A program made the position numbers and the translations under genes. Below the pieces are notes generated by a model. It ran no database searches, was not told the origin of the DNA, and saw only the letters and a list, made by a program, of their open reading frames with translations. Source: Alphaproteobacteria bacterium (GTDB taxonomy: Bacteria > Pseudomonadota > Alphaproteobacteria > UBA828). Taken from it: DNA of 64,000 nt. Positions 40,399 through 50,297 of this stretch are shown in pieces. Position 1 is the stretch's first letter. The number at the start of each line of letters is the position of its first letter. The stretch spans positions 288,001 through 352,000 of the forward strand of contig CBDCQT010000012.1 of assembly GCA_965220745.1 (NCBI GenBank), read 5' to 3'.

Positions 40399-41334
40399 TT
40401 ACTCGGCGGCCGCGCCACGTGCCGGCGACAGTTCCAGCAGGTCGGCAACAGCGGTTGTGTACCAGCCCTCGGCGCGCTTCTGCCAATAGAGATCGCGGAG
40501 CTGGCTCGTGGTGATGCCGGGCGCGCCGTTGCCGATGGGCTTGTCGTTGAGACGGGTGACGGGCATCAGCCCGCCGGCCGACGAGCAAATGAGCATCTCG
40601 TCGGCATCGTCGAGATCGGCTGGCGTGAGGTCGGCGGCCTTCGCCGCCAGACCCGCCTCGGTGCAGAGCTCGAATACCGTCTTGCGTGTGATGCCCTCGA
40701 GAAGATTGTCTCTCGGCGTCAATGCCTCACGCCCCCGCAGGAGCCAGAGATTGAAGCCCGGCCCCTCCGCAATGTAGCCCTCGGTCGAGCAAAGCAGCGG
40801 AGCATCGGCGCCCGCGTTCAATGCCTCGAACTGGGCGCGCGTCAGGTCCATGCGGTTGAAGTTCTTCGCCCGTTGGTCGATGGCGGCGTTGGGCGCGCGG
40901 CGTGTTTCCGCGACCCAGAGGTGAACGCCGTTCTGCGCGCAGGATTCCGGCACGGTCGTGTAGTAGGGCACCGCGTAGGCGATGAACTCGTTCTCGCAGA
41001 GGCGCGGATCGCCCTTGGCGCGGCCATCGCTGAAGCGGCCGCGGGTGCAGAGCGCGAGGACGAGCGCATCCGAGAGACCCGCGCGATCCACGCACTGCGC
41101 CATGATGTGCATCATCTCGGCGTCGGAGTAGGGCGAGGTCATGTAGACGTGGTCGCAGGACGCGCGGAAGCGGGCCATGTGATCGTCGAGGCGGAAGAAG
41201 GCGCCGTCCGTTACCGACACGGCGTCGAAGACGACATCGCTGCAGCTGAAGGTCGGATCGAGAACGGAAATCGAAAGGTCCTCGACCGGAAGATAAGCGC
41301 CCTCGCGAAACGCGATTCCAGTGTGCTCGCTCAT
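40399..41334 (-). CDS. Fold-type IV PLP aminotransferase, (R)-amine transaminase-like
   Basis: FFRLDDH, catalytic Lys in AKNFN, EGPGFN, LEGITR, CSSAGG. Confidence 0.88.
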   Translation of the reverse strand: MSEHTGIAFREGAYLPVEDLSISVLDPTFSCSDVVFDAVSVTDGAFFRLDDHMARFRASCDHVYMTSPYSDAEMMHIMAQCVDRAGLSDALVLALCTRGRFSDGRAKGDPRLCENEFIAYAVPYYTTVPESCAQNGVHLWVAETRRAPNAAIDQRAKNFNRMDLTRAQFEALNAGADAPLLCSTEGYIAEGPGFNLWLLRGREALTPRDNLLEGITRKTVFELCTEAGLAAKAADLTPADLDDADEMLICSSAGGLMPVTRLNDKPIGNGAPGITTSQLRDLYWQKRAEGWYTTAVADLLELSPARGAAAE

Positions 41335-41348
41335 CGTGCGACTCCTCT

Positions 41349-43172
41349 CTATTCGGCCGCCGCCGCTCTCATCTCCCGGCGGGCCGCTTGCGTCGCATCG
41401 AGGTCGAGCTCGTACTCAAGCGCCTCCCAGTCGATCTCGCGAACGACCACGCCGTAGTCGCGATGCGCGCCGTCGATGCTCACATAGCCGTCCTTCACGT
41501 CTTCCATGACGGCGGCAGGGTCTCGTTCCAGCGGATCGCCGTAGCCGCCGCCGCCGCCTGACCACAGGTCGATCTTGTCGCCCTGGCGGACCTTGGCGCC
41601 TGATCGGAACATCCCGATATTGAACTCCTCGGCGCTTCCCATGTTGCGGACCAGCCGCTGGCCGTGGCCGGCCTTGCCGCCAAACAGCCCCCAACCGGCA
41701 TTGCGCTCGCCATCGCCCATGACCGAGGCCGTGCCGATCTCGCCATCCATGTGGATGACGCGCTCGATTCCGAGCCCGCCCCGATATTTTCCCGGTCCGC
41801 CCGAGTCCGCGGCGAGCTCGTACTTCTCCCAGCTGATGGGGAATTGCTGCTCGAACATCTCGACCGGCTGATTGCGCGTGCCCGACGCATAGAGAGCGAT
41901 GAAGGACTTGTTGTCGCGCGTGGCGCGGGCGCCGTAGCCGCCCTCGGTCCAGCAGTAGAACACGTAAGGCGTGCCCTTAATGGGCGAGTTCTCCCTGGTA
42001 TCGACACCGCCGATCACGACATTGATCAAGCTGGGCGAGGAGGCGATCACCCGCTCCGGCGTTATCTGGGAGAAGCAGCCGAACACGCAGTTGACGATCT
42101 TTTGGTAGGCCCCCGACTGGCAGCCGACTACCGGCGCCGGGTAGCGGCAGTTCACGACGCTGCCCTCCGGCGCGATGATGTCGATGGCGTCGTAGACGCC
42201 CTCATTGACCGGAATCTCGGGAAAGATCGCCTTGGTGGCGATGAAGCATGCCGACATCGTCATCGAGATCGGCGCATTGACGCCGCCTGCGGTCTGCGGG
42301 TCCGACTCGCTGAAATCGTAGATCAGCCGGCCGTCCTTGATCCTGATCGTGAGCTGAACCTTGATCATCTTCTTGTCGGCGTCGGCGATACCGGGGTCCT
42401 CGTCGATATAGTCGGTCCAGGTAAAGCTGCCCTCGGGCAACGCGCGAATGGCGGAGCGCAGCAGTCGCTCCGAATATCTGATGTATTCCTGCATGACCGC
42501 GGAGACGGTTTCCTTGCCGTATCGCGCATACAGCTCGTGCAGCCGCTTCTCGCCGGTCTGAAGCGAGGAAATCATCGCCCGGATGTCGCCGCGCGACGAT
42601 ATCGGCAGACGCAGGTTGGCGAGGATCAGCTTTTCGACGTCCTCGACGACGGCATCGTCCGCGGCGATCTTGATAGGCGGGATGCAGAGGCCTTCCGCGA
42701 TCGAGTCGCAGGCGTCCACCGGGAAGCTCCCCGGTGTCTGCCCGCCCACGTCCGGCCAATGGCCCGAGTTGCTGACGAAGGCCACGATCTCGCCCTCCCA
42801 GAACACCGGCCGGAGCATCCGCACGTCCGGCTTGTGCGTGCCCCCGCGGTACGGATCGTTGCAGATGTAAACGTCGCCGGGACGCATGTCCTCCTTCGGG
42901 CATTCCTTCAGAAAGGCCTTGGTCGACGGCGACATCATGGTGATGAAGCAGGGGAAGTCCTCCTCACCCTGCATCACCAGACCGCCGTCCGGCGTCAGCA
43001 CTGCGGCGCTGAAGTCCTGCCCCTGATTGATGACCATCGACATGGCGCCCTTCATGAGGACGATGCCGGCCTCGTTGCACACCGCCTGCAGGGCGCCGCG
43101 AATCACCTCGAACGTGATCTGGTCGACGCCGGCGGCGGCGTTCTCGCCCGTGAACTGGATTTGCTCTTGCAT
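41349..43172 (-). CDS. Hydantoinase B / oxoprolinase family subunit
   Basis: PGDVYICNDPYRGGTHKPD, HWPDVGG, EGLCIPP, DSGGPGKYRGG, GGGGGYGDPLER. Confidence 0.92.
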   Translation of the reverse strand: MQEQIQFTGENAAAGVDQITFEVIRGALQAVCNEAGIVLMKGAMSMVINQGQDFSAAVLTPDGGLVMQGEEDFPCFITMMSPSTKAFLKECPKEDMRPGDVYICNDPYRGGTHKPDVRMLRPVFWEGEIVAFVSNSGHWPDVGGQTPGSFPVDACDSIAEGLCIPPIKIAADDAVVEDVEKLILANLRLPISSRGDIRAMISSLQTGEKRLHELYARYGKETVSAVMQEYIRYSERLLRSAIRALPEGSFTWTDYIDEDPGIADADKKMIKVQLTIRIKDGRLIYDFSESDPQTAGGVNAPISMTMSACFIATKAIFPEIPVNEGVYDAIDIIAPEGSVVNCRYPAPVVGCQSGAYQKIVNCVFGCFSQITPERVIASSPSLINVVIGGVDTRENSPIKGTPYVFYCWTEGGYGARATRDNKSFIALYASGTRNQPVEMFEQQFPISWEKYELAADSGGPGKYRGGLGIERVIHMDGEIGTASVMGDGERNAGWGLFGGKAGHGQRLVRNMGSAEEFNIGMFRSGAKVRQGDKIDLWSGGGGGYGDPLERDPAAVMEDVKDGYVSIDGAHRDYGVVVREIDWEALEYELDLDATQAARREMRAAAAE

Positions 43173-43204
43173 CTCGGCCCTCCGTGAAGGGGTTGGGCGC
43201 CCTA

Positions 43205-45265
43205 CTAGGCTGCGCCCGTCTCCAGGATGAGGTTGAAGTAGTGGTCAACGTCCGCGCTCATGCCAGGCCTGATCAGCACGGTCGAATCCATCTGTTCGAC
43301 GATAGCGGGCCCGACAAGCTGCGCGCCTGGCAGCAACCTGTTGCGGTCATATACCTTGGTCGGGACGAAGCCGTTCTCCTCCTCGAAGTAGACATCCCGC
43401 GCGCCGGTCTCCGCCGCGTCGGCCGTCCCGGTGTGGTCGCTCTGCCTCATGGACGGCCGATCGATCAGACCGTGGGCGACGAGCCGGATGAGCTGGAGCT
43501 CCACCGGAATCTCGTCGAGCACGTAGTTGTATTCCCGCTCGTGCTCAGAGGCGAAGCGGGCAAGCGCCGTGTCGAGGGCGGCCTGATCGAAGCGCCGTCC
43601 CTCGATCGCGACGGAAAGCGGCACCGCCTCGAAGCCGCCGTAGTACTTGAAGTTCGCGATCCGCTGCAGAAGCATGCGTTCGTCGTCAAAGCCCGATGCC
43701 CGCAGCATGTCACGGGCCGTCGCCTCCATCTCCGCGAACTCCGCTTCGATCTCGGCGCAATCCAGCTGATCGGCGCGGCAAATCCGCGTCCGCGAGAAGT
43801 CGTAGCGGACGTCCGCAAAGAGCAGGCCGAGCGCCGAGGTGAGCCCCGGGTTCGGCGGCACGATGACCTTGGGAATGCTCATTTGCAGGGCAAGCTCGGC
43901 GCAGTGCAGGGGCCCCGCGCCCCCGAATGCAACCAACGCGAACTCGCGCGGATCATAGCCCCGCTCGGTGGTCACCTGACGCATGGCCTGGACCATGTTG
44001 GCGTTGGAGACCGTGATAATACCATTGGCAGCCTTGGTGACATCCATGCCGAGGCGCTCGGCGATCCGCTGCACGGCCTCTTGTGCGAGCGCGGGCCGAA
44101 GCTGCATGGCGCCGCCGGCCAGCCCTTCCGGTTTCAGCGCGCCGAGGACCATGTTGGCATCGGTGTTGGTCGCTTCAGTCCCTCCGGCGCCGTAGCAGGC
44201 GGGCCCCGGCGCCGACCCCGCGCTGGCAGGCCCGCTCTTCAGTACGCCGCCCTCGTCGATCCAGGCAATCGTGCCGCCACCGGCGCCGATGGTGATGAGA
44301 TCGATCGAGGGAAAGACCACGGGAATGCCGAAATCGATCTTCGACTCCTCGGTCGTGCGGATCTCCCCCTCGAAGATCGTCGCGATGTCGGCGCTCGTGC
44401 CGCCCATGTCGAGGCTGATAATGTTGCGGACGCCGGCGAGCTGACCCAGCGCCTTGGCGGCGATGACGCCGGCGGCCGGGCCCGACATGATCGTCCGCGC
44501 CGCGTTGCGCCCTGCGCCCTCGGGCGTGGTCACACCGCCCGAGGACTGCATGACGAGAATTTCGCCGCCATAGTGCTTGTCGTGGAACTCTCTGCTGAGC
44601 TGATCCATGTAGCGCCGAACGATCGGCTCGAGATAGGCGTTGACCACCGCCGTCGAGGTGCGCTCGAACTCGAAAATCACGGGGATCAGCTCCGACGACA
44701 GCGTGATCGACGCGTCCGGGCATTCTTCCCGAAGGATCCGCCCCATCGCGCGCTCGTTCTCCGGGTTCAGAAAGGCGTTGAGGAAGCTGACCGCGATGGA
44801 CTCGATGCCGCGCTTCCGAAAGGCCCTTCCCGCGGCCCGCGCTTCGCTCTCGTCCACGGGTGTAAGGACGTTCCCGAGATAGTCGACCCGTTCGCTGACG
44901 GTGAGGCGATCCCGGCGCGGCACCAGTGGCGGCGACGGTTCCCACGATACGTCGTACATGCCTTCGCGGGGACGGTTGGCCCGCCTGATCTCGATGAGAT
45001 CGCGAAACCCCTTGGTGCCGACCAGGCCCGTTCTCGCGCCGGTGCGTGCGACCACGGCGTTCGTCGCGATCGTCAGACCGTGAAGGAAGATCTCCATATC
45101 CTCGAAGGAGACATCGGCCGCGCGCACGGCATCGACCACGCCCCGCTGGTAGTCGGGATAAGTGGTCGGTACCTTGGTGAAACGAAAATTGCCGTCCGCG
45201 TCCACCGCCACGAGATCCGTGAAGGTTCCGCCTACGTCAACGGCCACTCGATGTCGCGTGCTCAT
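43205..45265 (-). CDS. Hydantoinase A / oxoprolinase family ATP-binding subunit
   Basis: VDVGGTFTD, EFERTST, SGPAAG, DMGGTS, GAGGG, AFGGAGPLH. Confidence 0.93.
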   Translation of the reverse strand: MSTRHRVAVDVGGTFTDLVAVDADGNFRFTKVPTTYPDYQRGVVDAVRAADVSFEDMEIFLHGLTIATNAVVARTGARTGLVGTKGFRDLIEIRRANRPREGMYDVSWEPSPPLVPRRDRLTVSERVDYLGNVLTPVDESEARAAGRAFRKRGIESIAVSFLNAFLNPENERAMGRILREECPDASITLSSELIPVIFEFERTSTAVVNAYLEPIVRRYMDQLSREFHDKHYGGEILVMQSSGGVTTPEGAGRNAARTIMSGPAAGVIAAKALGQLAGVRNIISLDMGGTSADIATIFEGEIRTTEESKIDFGIPVVFPSIDLITIGAGGGTIAWIDEGGVLKSGPASAGSAPGPACYGAGGTEATNTDANMVLGALKPEGLAGGAMQLRPALAQEAVQRIAERLGMDVTKAANGIITVSNANMVQAMRQVTTERGYDPREFALVAFGGAGPLHCAELALQMSIPKVIVPPNPGLTSALGLLFADVRYDFSRTRICRADQLDCAEIEAEFAEMEATARDMLRASGFDDERMLLQRIANFKYYGGFEAVPLSVAIEGRRFDQAALDTALARFASEHEREYNYVLDEIPVELQLIRLVAHGLIDRPSMRQSDHTGTADAAETGARDVYFEEENGFVPTKVYDRNRLLPGAQLVGPAIVEQMDSTVLIRPGMSADVDHYFNLILETGAA

Positions 45266-46335
45266 CAGCGCTTCCCCGGCTTCATGGGGTGAGACCCTGC
45301 CGGCAGCCCTCTTACGAAGCGCCAACCGACCCACTCTTTCACCCGATACCATTCTAGCTCCAGCCCGCTCGTGATGCCGCGGGGCCTGAGAATCAGGATC
45401 GCCAGCATGACGAGCGCAAGCCCCACCTCGCGGAGGTTGAGCACGCCGCTCGCGAGCTCGATGCGGAGCAGGAGCTCCCCAATCGTGGTGACGACAAGCG
45501 TGCCGATGACCGCCCCCCACAGGCTGTTCATGCCGCCGACCACGAGCATGGCGAGCGTCATGAACGTGATCCCGAGGTAGAAGCTCTCCGGGCTGCCGAT
45601 CCCGAGAAAGTGAATGTGCAGGCCGCCGCCTGCGCCGACGATGAAGGCGCTGAGGCAGAAGGCGAAGACCCGGTGCCAGACCACGTTCACGCCGATCGAC
45701 GCGGCGGCACCCTGGTCTTCCCGCGCCGCCCGGAGCCGCAGTCCGAAGCGCGAAATCTGGAAGAGGTAGGCGACTGCGATGGCCGCCAGCGCCCAAACCA
45801 GCGTTGACCAGAGATCGGTCGTGCGCGGCACGCCGGGCATCGAGGCCGCCCCGCCCGTCATGTCGTTCCAATTGCTGGCAACGACGTAGGTGATCTGCAG
45901 CACCGCGAGCGAGGCGATGCCGGCAGCGAGGCCCGAAAGCTGCATCAACGGAATGGCGACGATGAAGGCGACGACGGCTGCGACCGCCGCCCCCAATATG
46001 ATCGCCGGCACGGTGGGCAGAAGCTCGGTGCCGAGGGGCCCCGGCAGGTTGGGCAGCAGCACGTTCCGCATGGTGAGCGGGATGGTCAGCGCGCCCGAGA
46101 TGTAAGCGCCGACTGCCATGAAGCTCATCTGCCCGAAGGACAAGATGCCCGAGTTGCCCACGAAGGTGTAAAGGCCGACCACCAGAATCAGATTGACCAG
46201 ACCGAGCGTGGCAATGCGGTTGAGACCGGAGTCGCCTACACCGGCCACGATGGCCACGACGACGATAACCAACAGGCTCGGACCCGCCACGGGCGTGAGC
46301 CCCGCCATTATCTGGTCGTGCCTGCGGGCGGACAT
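45265..46335 (-). CDS. HAAT ABC transporter permease (LivM-like)
   Basis: SGILSFGQ, SRFGLRLRAARED, VVGGMNSLWG; TGATG couplings at both ends. Confidence 0.9.
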   Translation of the reverse strand: MSARRHDQIMAGLTPVAGPSLLVIVVVAIVAGVGDSGLNRIATLGLVNLILVVGLYTFVGNSGILSFGQMSFMAVGAYISGALTIPLTMRNVLLPNLPGPLGTELLPTVPAIILGAAVAAVVAFIVAIPLMQLSGLAAGIASLAVLQITYVVASNWNDMTGGAASMPGVPRTTDLWSTLVWALAAIAVAYLFQISRFGLRLRAAREDQGAAASIGVNVVWHRVFAFCLSAFIVGAGGGLHIHFLGIGSPESFYLGITFMTLAMLVVGGMNSLWGAVIGTLVVTTIGELLLRIELASGVLNLREVGLALVMLAILILRPRGITSGLELEWYRVKEWVGWRFVRGLPAGSHPMKPGKR

Positions 46336-47213
46336 CAGAGAATCTGCCGTCGGCTGTGGCGCTGCAGAAGGCCCTGCGGGCGGAGCAGCAGGATCGCGAT
46401 GACGATGGTGAACACGAAAGCATCCCGGAACGGCGAGAGTTCCAGGGGCAACGCGATCTGGAAAACGACCGTCATGACACCCAGGAGGAAGCCGCCGGCG
46501 GTCGCCGCCGACAGGTTGCCCATGCCGCCCACGACAGTGCCGACGAAGGCCACGAGCGTGATGCTGATCCCCGTCGTCGGCACCACCGCGCCGACCTGCG
46601 ACAGGAAGATGAGCGACACCGTGCCTGCGAGGAATCCACTGATCGCGAAGGAGACGGCGATCACCCGGTTCGCGCGAACGCCGAGCAGCCGGGCCATACG
46701 AAAGTCCTCGGCCGCCGAGCGCATGTGAAGCCCGATCGAGGTCCATTTCAGACCCATCGCCAGGGCCGCAACGAGCAGGATCGTCACCGCAACGGTGACC
46801 ACGCCGAGCTTCTGAATCCGCACGTCGCCGATCTTGAACAGCTCGAGCACGAACATCGGCATCATCACCGGCCGCGCGTTCGAGGTGAGTGTTGCCGACA
46901 TGATGTTTTGCAGGAGATAGCTCACGGTGAAGGACGTGATCAGCAGGGTGGCTGCGCTTGCGCCGCGCACGGGGCGAAACGCCGTGCGCTCCATCAGCAG
47001 CGCGAGCAGGGTCGTGGTTGCGAGCGTGCCGAGAATGAGCAGCGGCCACGGGTAGGGGCTGAGGGCCGCCATCGAATAGCCGCCGACCATGATCAAGTCG
47101 CCGTGGGCGAAGTTGATCAGCTTCATCACACCGAGGATCAGGGCGATGCCGAGCACGGCGAGCGCATAGAGGCTGCCAAGGCTGATCGCATCGACGAAGT
47201 GCTGAGCGATCAT
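46335..47213 (-). CDS. HAAT ABC transporter permease (LivH-like)
   Basis: GSLYAL, LINFAHG, VVGGMG, LLLRPQGL. Confidence 0.92.
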   Translation of the reverse strand: MIAQHFVDAISLGSLYALAVLGIALILGVMKLINFAHGDLIMVGGYSMAALSPYPWPLLILGTLATTTLLALLMERTAFRPVRGASAATLLITSFTVSYLLQNIMSATLTSNARPVMMPMFVLELFKIGDVRIQKLGVVTVAVTILLVAALAMGLKWTSIGLHMRSAAEDFRMARLLGVRANRVIAVSFAISGFLAGTVSLIFLSQVGAVVPTTGISITLVAFVGTVVGGMGNLSAATAGGFLLGVMTVVFQIALPLELSPFRDAFVFTIVIAILLLRPQGLLQRHSRRQIL

Positions 47214-47233
47214 CGTGCGACGCCTTGGGGCAC

Positions 47234-48751
47234 CTAAGCTGCCGACGTGGTCTGCACGTCGAGACCGAGTTGATCGATGTAGGACTTGACGATATCGGCC
47301 CTGATCGTGGCGTCGGTGCCCTCACCTTCCAGCGCGATCTCGCCGCGCCGGAGCACATAGATTCGGTCGCTCATCTCGATGGTCGCCAGCGCATTCTGCT
47401 CGACGAGGAGGATGGAGACGCCTTCGTCACGCAACGCCGCGAGGGAATCGAATACGCGCTCGACCAGTATCGGCGCGAGGCCGAGGGAGGGCTCGTCCAC
47501 CAGCAGGAGTTGCGGGCGGGTGAGCAGGGCGCGGGCGATCGCAAGCTGCTGCTGCTGGCCGCCGGAGAGATTCCCGCCGCGCGAGGCGCGGCGCTCACCG
47601 AGAATGGGAAACCGCTCGTAGAGCTCCTCCAGATCGCGCGTCGTTTGCTGCTTTTCGGTTCGGGTAGCGGCCGCCACCTTGAGATTCTCTTCGACTGTAA
47701 GCTGCGCGAAGATGTGCCGCCGCTCGGGCACCAGGGAAACGCCCTTGCGTACGATGTCCTCCGGCGCCTGACGCACCAGCGCCTCGTCGCCGAGCTGCAC
47801 GCCTCCCTGTGTCGGCCGCAGCACACCTGCGATCGTGAGCAACAGGGTGGACTTGCCGGCGCCGTTGGGCCCGACGACGCCGACCATCTCACCCCGCCGG
47901 ACCTTGAGCGATACGCCTCTGAGCGCCGGCACCCGGCCATAACTGACATGCAAGTCCTCGACCGAGAGAAGCTCAGGGGCCTCTTCACGCTCGCTCGGCA
48001 CTGGAGCGGGGGTCTGATCTGTGACCTGCGCGCCGAGTTTTCTGGTGCCCAGATACGCGGTGATGACCGCGTCATTCTTTTGAACCTCGTCCGGCGAGCC
48101 GGTGGCGATGGTTAGCCCATTGTCCAGCACGTGAATGCTGTCGCAGAGATTCATCACGAGCCGCATGTCGTGCTCGATGATCAGAACGCCGCAGCCCTCG
48201 CTCTCCCTGATCCGCGAGATCAGGGCCACCAGTTCGTCGCCCTCCGCTTCGTTCAGGCCCGCCGCCGGTTCATCGAGGAGGAGAAACTGCGGGCGCGTCG
48301 CGATGGCGCGGGCGATGCCGACACGCTGCTCCTCCCCGAAGGAGAGCTTCTCGGTGGGCAGATGCGCTCTCGGCAGGAGACCGACCCACTCGAGCACCTC
48401 GGATGCCCGGCGCTTAGCCTCGCGCCGCCCGAGGCCAACACCGACGGCTGCGACCTCGACGTTCTCGGAGACGGTCAGGCCGCGAAACAGACGGACATTC
48501 TGGAACGTCCGCGCCAATCCGCTCTTCGCCAGCCGATTGGGCGACCATATCGTCACCGTCTCTTCGCCGAGCGTGACCGTTCCGCTCCTGAGTGGCACGA
48601 AGCCGCTCAGCGCGTTCATGAGTGTTGTTTTTCCCGCGCCGTTCGGGCCGATCAGGCCGAGGATTTCGCCGGGGTCGAGCTTGATATCAACGCCGTCTAC
48701 GGCCTTGACGCCCTCGAAGTAGACTCGAAGGTCCTCGCCTTTCAGGCTCAT
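47234..48751 (-). CDS. Fused LivG-LivF double ABC ATPase
   Basis: Two Walker A (GPNGAGKT, GPNGAGKS) and two Walker B (LLLDEP, LLVDEP) in one frame. Confidence 0.92.
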   Translation of the reverse strand: MSLKGEDLRVYFEGVKAVDGVDIKLDPGEILGLIGPNGAGKTTLMNALSGFVPLRSGTVTLGEETVTIWSPNRLAKSGLARTFQNVRLFRGLTVSENVEVAAVGVGLGRREAKRRASEVLEWVGLLPRAHLPTEKLSFGEEQRVGIARAIATRPQFLLLDEPAAGLNEAEGDELVALISRIRESEGCGVLIIEHDMRLVMNLCDSIHVLDNGLTIATGSPDEVQKNDAVITAYLGTRKLGAQVTDQTPAPVPSEREEAPELLSVEDLHVSYGRVPALRGVSLKVRRGEMVGVVGPNGAGKSTLLLTIAGVLRPTQGGVQLGDEALVRQAPEDIVRKGVSLVPERRHIFAQLTVEENLKVAAATRTEKQQTTRDLEELYERFPILGERRASRGGNLSGGQQQQLAIARALLTRPQLLLVDEPSLGLAPILVERVFDSLAALRDEGVSILLVEQNALATIEMSDRIYVLRRGEIALEGEGTDATIRADIVKSYIDQLGLDVQTTSAA

Positions 48752-48864
48752 GTGTTCCCGCAGTTCCGGGTTGATTGGCGTTCCGCGTGGTCGACCGCTC
48801 GATCGTTACGCGCGTAGACGCCGGCTGCGCGAACGGCAGCCGGCATCAATCGCAAGCCCGAAAC

Positions 48865-50052
48865 CTAGAACACCACTGGCGGAGGCTTCTGGATCTTCCA
48901 CCGCTCGACGAACCGGTGCTTCCCGTCCTTCACTTCGACGATCACCATGGGCCGCCAGATGTCGCCATGGCGCTCGCTCGTGAACGTGGTCGGACCCACC
49001 AGCAGAGGCACCTCGTTGAAGTTCTCGAGCGCTTCGCGAACCGCATCCGTGTCGAAGCTGCCAGCCCTGTTCACGGCCTCGGCGTAGGCCTGAATCTCGC
49101 TGTAACCGATCACCGCGAACGCGCGTTGGGTGATGTCAGGGTCCGCCTCGATTTGCCGCCGGACGAACGCGTTCACATCCTCCCAGGGATCATCGAGATA
49201 GGTCGAGATGTAGGCCGCGTTATAGAAGTTGTCCAAGCCCGGCACGGACTCGAGCCAATAGTCGCCATCACCGCACACGCCGGTCACGATCGGCGTCTCG
49301 ATGCCGGCCGCCCTGATCTGACGCGCCGCGACGGAGAGTCCCGGATTGCAGCTCGGCACGAACAGGAAATCGGGCGCAGTCTCAAGCCCCCTGATGCGGC
49401 TGACCTGTGAAGCAATGCTGGTATCGGTCAGCAGGAAGGTATCCCGTCCGACGACGCTGTCTTCGCCTTCGAGTTCGACCCAGCGCGTCTCGAAATACTG
49501 TGAGCACGTCTTGGTGTAGTCGATGAAGGTGTCGGTCAGCAGGTAGACCGTCTTCCACCCCTTGCTCATCGACGACCACTCGGCGAGCGAGCCGCACTCA
49601 TCTGGCGTCTGCGTGTCAAGGCTGAAGGCGTTCGGGCCGACACCCTGCTTGCCGAAGCGCGGCGAGCCGGCACAGCCGAGCGCGATCATGCCGTTTTCCT
49701 GAGCGACCGAGGCGGACGGGCCGCCATAGTCGAAGTCGCAGCTGACGCTCAGGATGTCCGCGCCTTCGTCGATCAGCTCCTGCGCGGCGATCACCGCCTG
49801 AGCCTTGTCGGTCTTGGTATCGCGCCAGATCGACGTCAGTTTGCGGCCGAGCAACCCGCCTTCGGCATTGATGTCGTCAATGGCGAATTCGATACCCAGC
49901 TTGGCCGGCATGTCATAGGCCGACATGAACCCTGTGCTGGATTTCGCAATGCCGATGACGAGCGGGTCTTCCTCGGCGTTTGCCTGCGTTCCGGCGCACA
50001 CGACCAGTGCCGCGGCCCCGGCGGCGAGCACCACATTTCGAAGCAATCGCAT
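48865..50052 (-). CDS. HAAT ABC transporter substrate-binding protein
   Basis: Signal peptide; AIDDINAEGGLLGRKL; heads the liv-like operon. Confidence 0.9.
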   Translation of the reverse strand: MRLLRNVVLAAGAAALVVCAGTQANAEEDPLVIGIAKSSTGFMSAYDMPAKLGIEFAIDDINAEGGLLGRKLTSIWRDTKTDKAQAVIAAQELIDEGADILSVSCDFDYGGPSASVAQENGMIALGCAGSPRFGKQGVGPNAFSLDTQTPDECGSLAEWSSMSKGWKTVYLLTDTFIDYTKTCSQYFETRWVELEGEDSVVGRDTFLLTDTSIASQVSRIRGLETAPDFLFVPSCNPGLSVAARQIRAAGIETPIVTGVCGDGDYWLESVPGLDNFYNAAYISTYLDDPWEDVNAFVRRQIEADPDITQRAFAVIGYSEIQAYAEAVNRAGSFDTDAVREALENFNEVPLLVGPTTFTSERHGDIWRPMVIVEVKDGKHRFVERWKIQKPPPVVF

Positions 50053-50297
50053 CCCAGAACCTCCCTCTCGTTATGATTTCATTGGGCCAGCCCAAGGCGG
50101 AGTGCAGCCTTCGGGCAGGGCCGCAAGAATGCTACTTGAGCGCCTGAACCGAAACAACCAGCCCGTCACAGCGCAGGCCTGCGCCGTTCTCACGCTGGCC
50201 CGCGCCCCCACTTAGGAGCGTGCAGGAGACAGGGGGAGGTGGGGATGGTGGGCGGGAGACGCCTCCCGAAGAGAGGAGCGACAGACTTCCCTTCGTC

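Noticed and set aside
48790-48845. Possible fifth copy of the structured repeat
   Set aside because: Only CCGCTCGATCG and a hairpin match; the conserved tail is missing.
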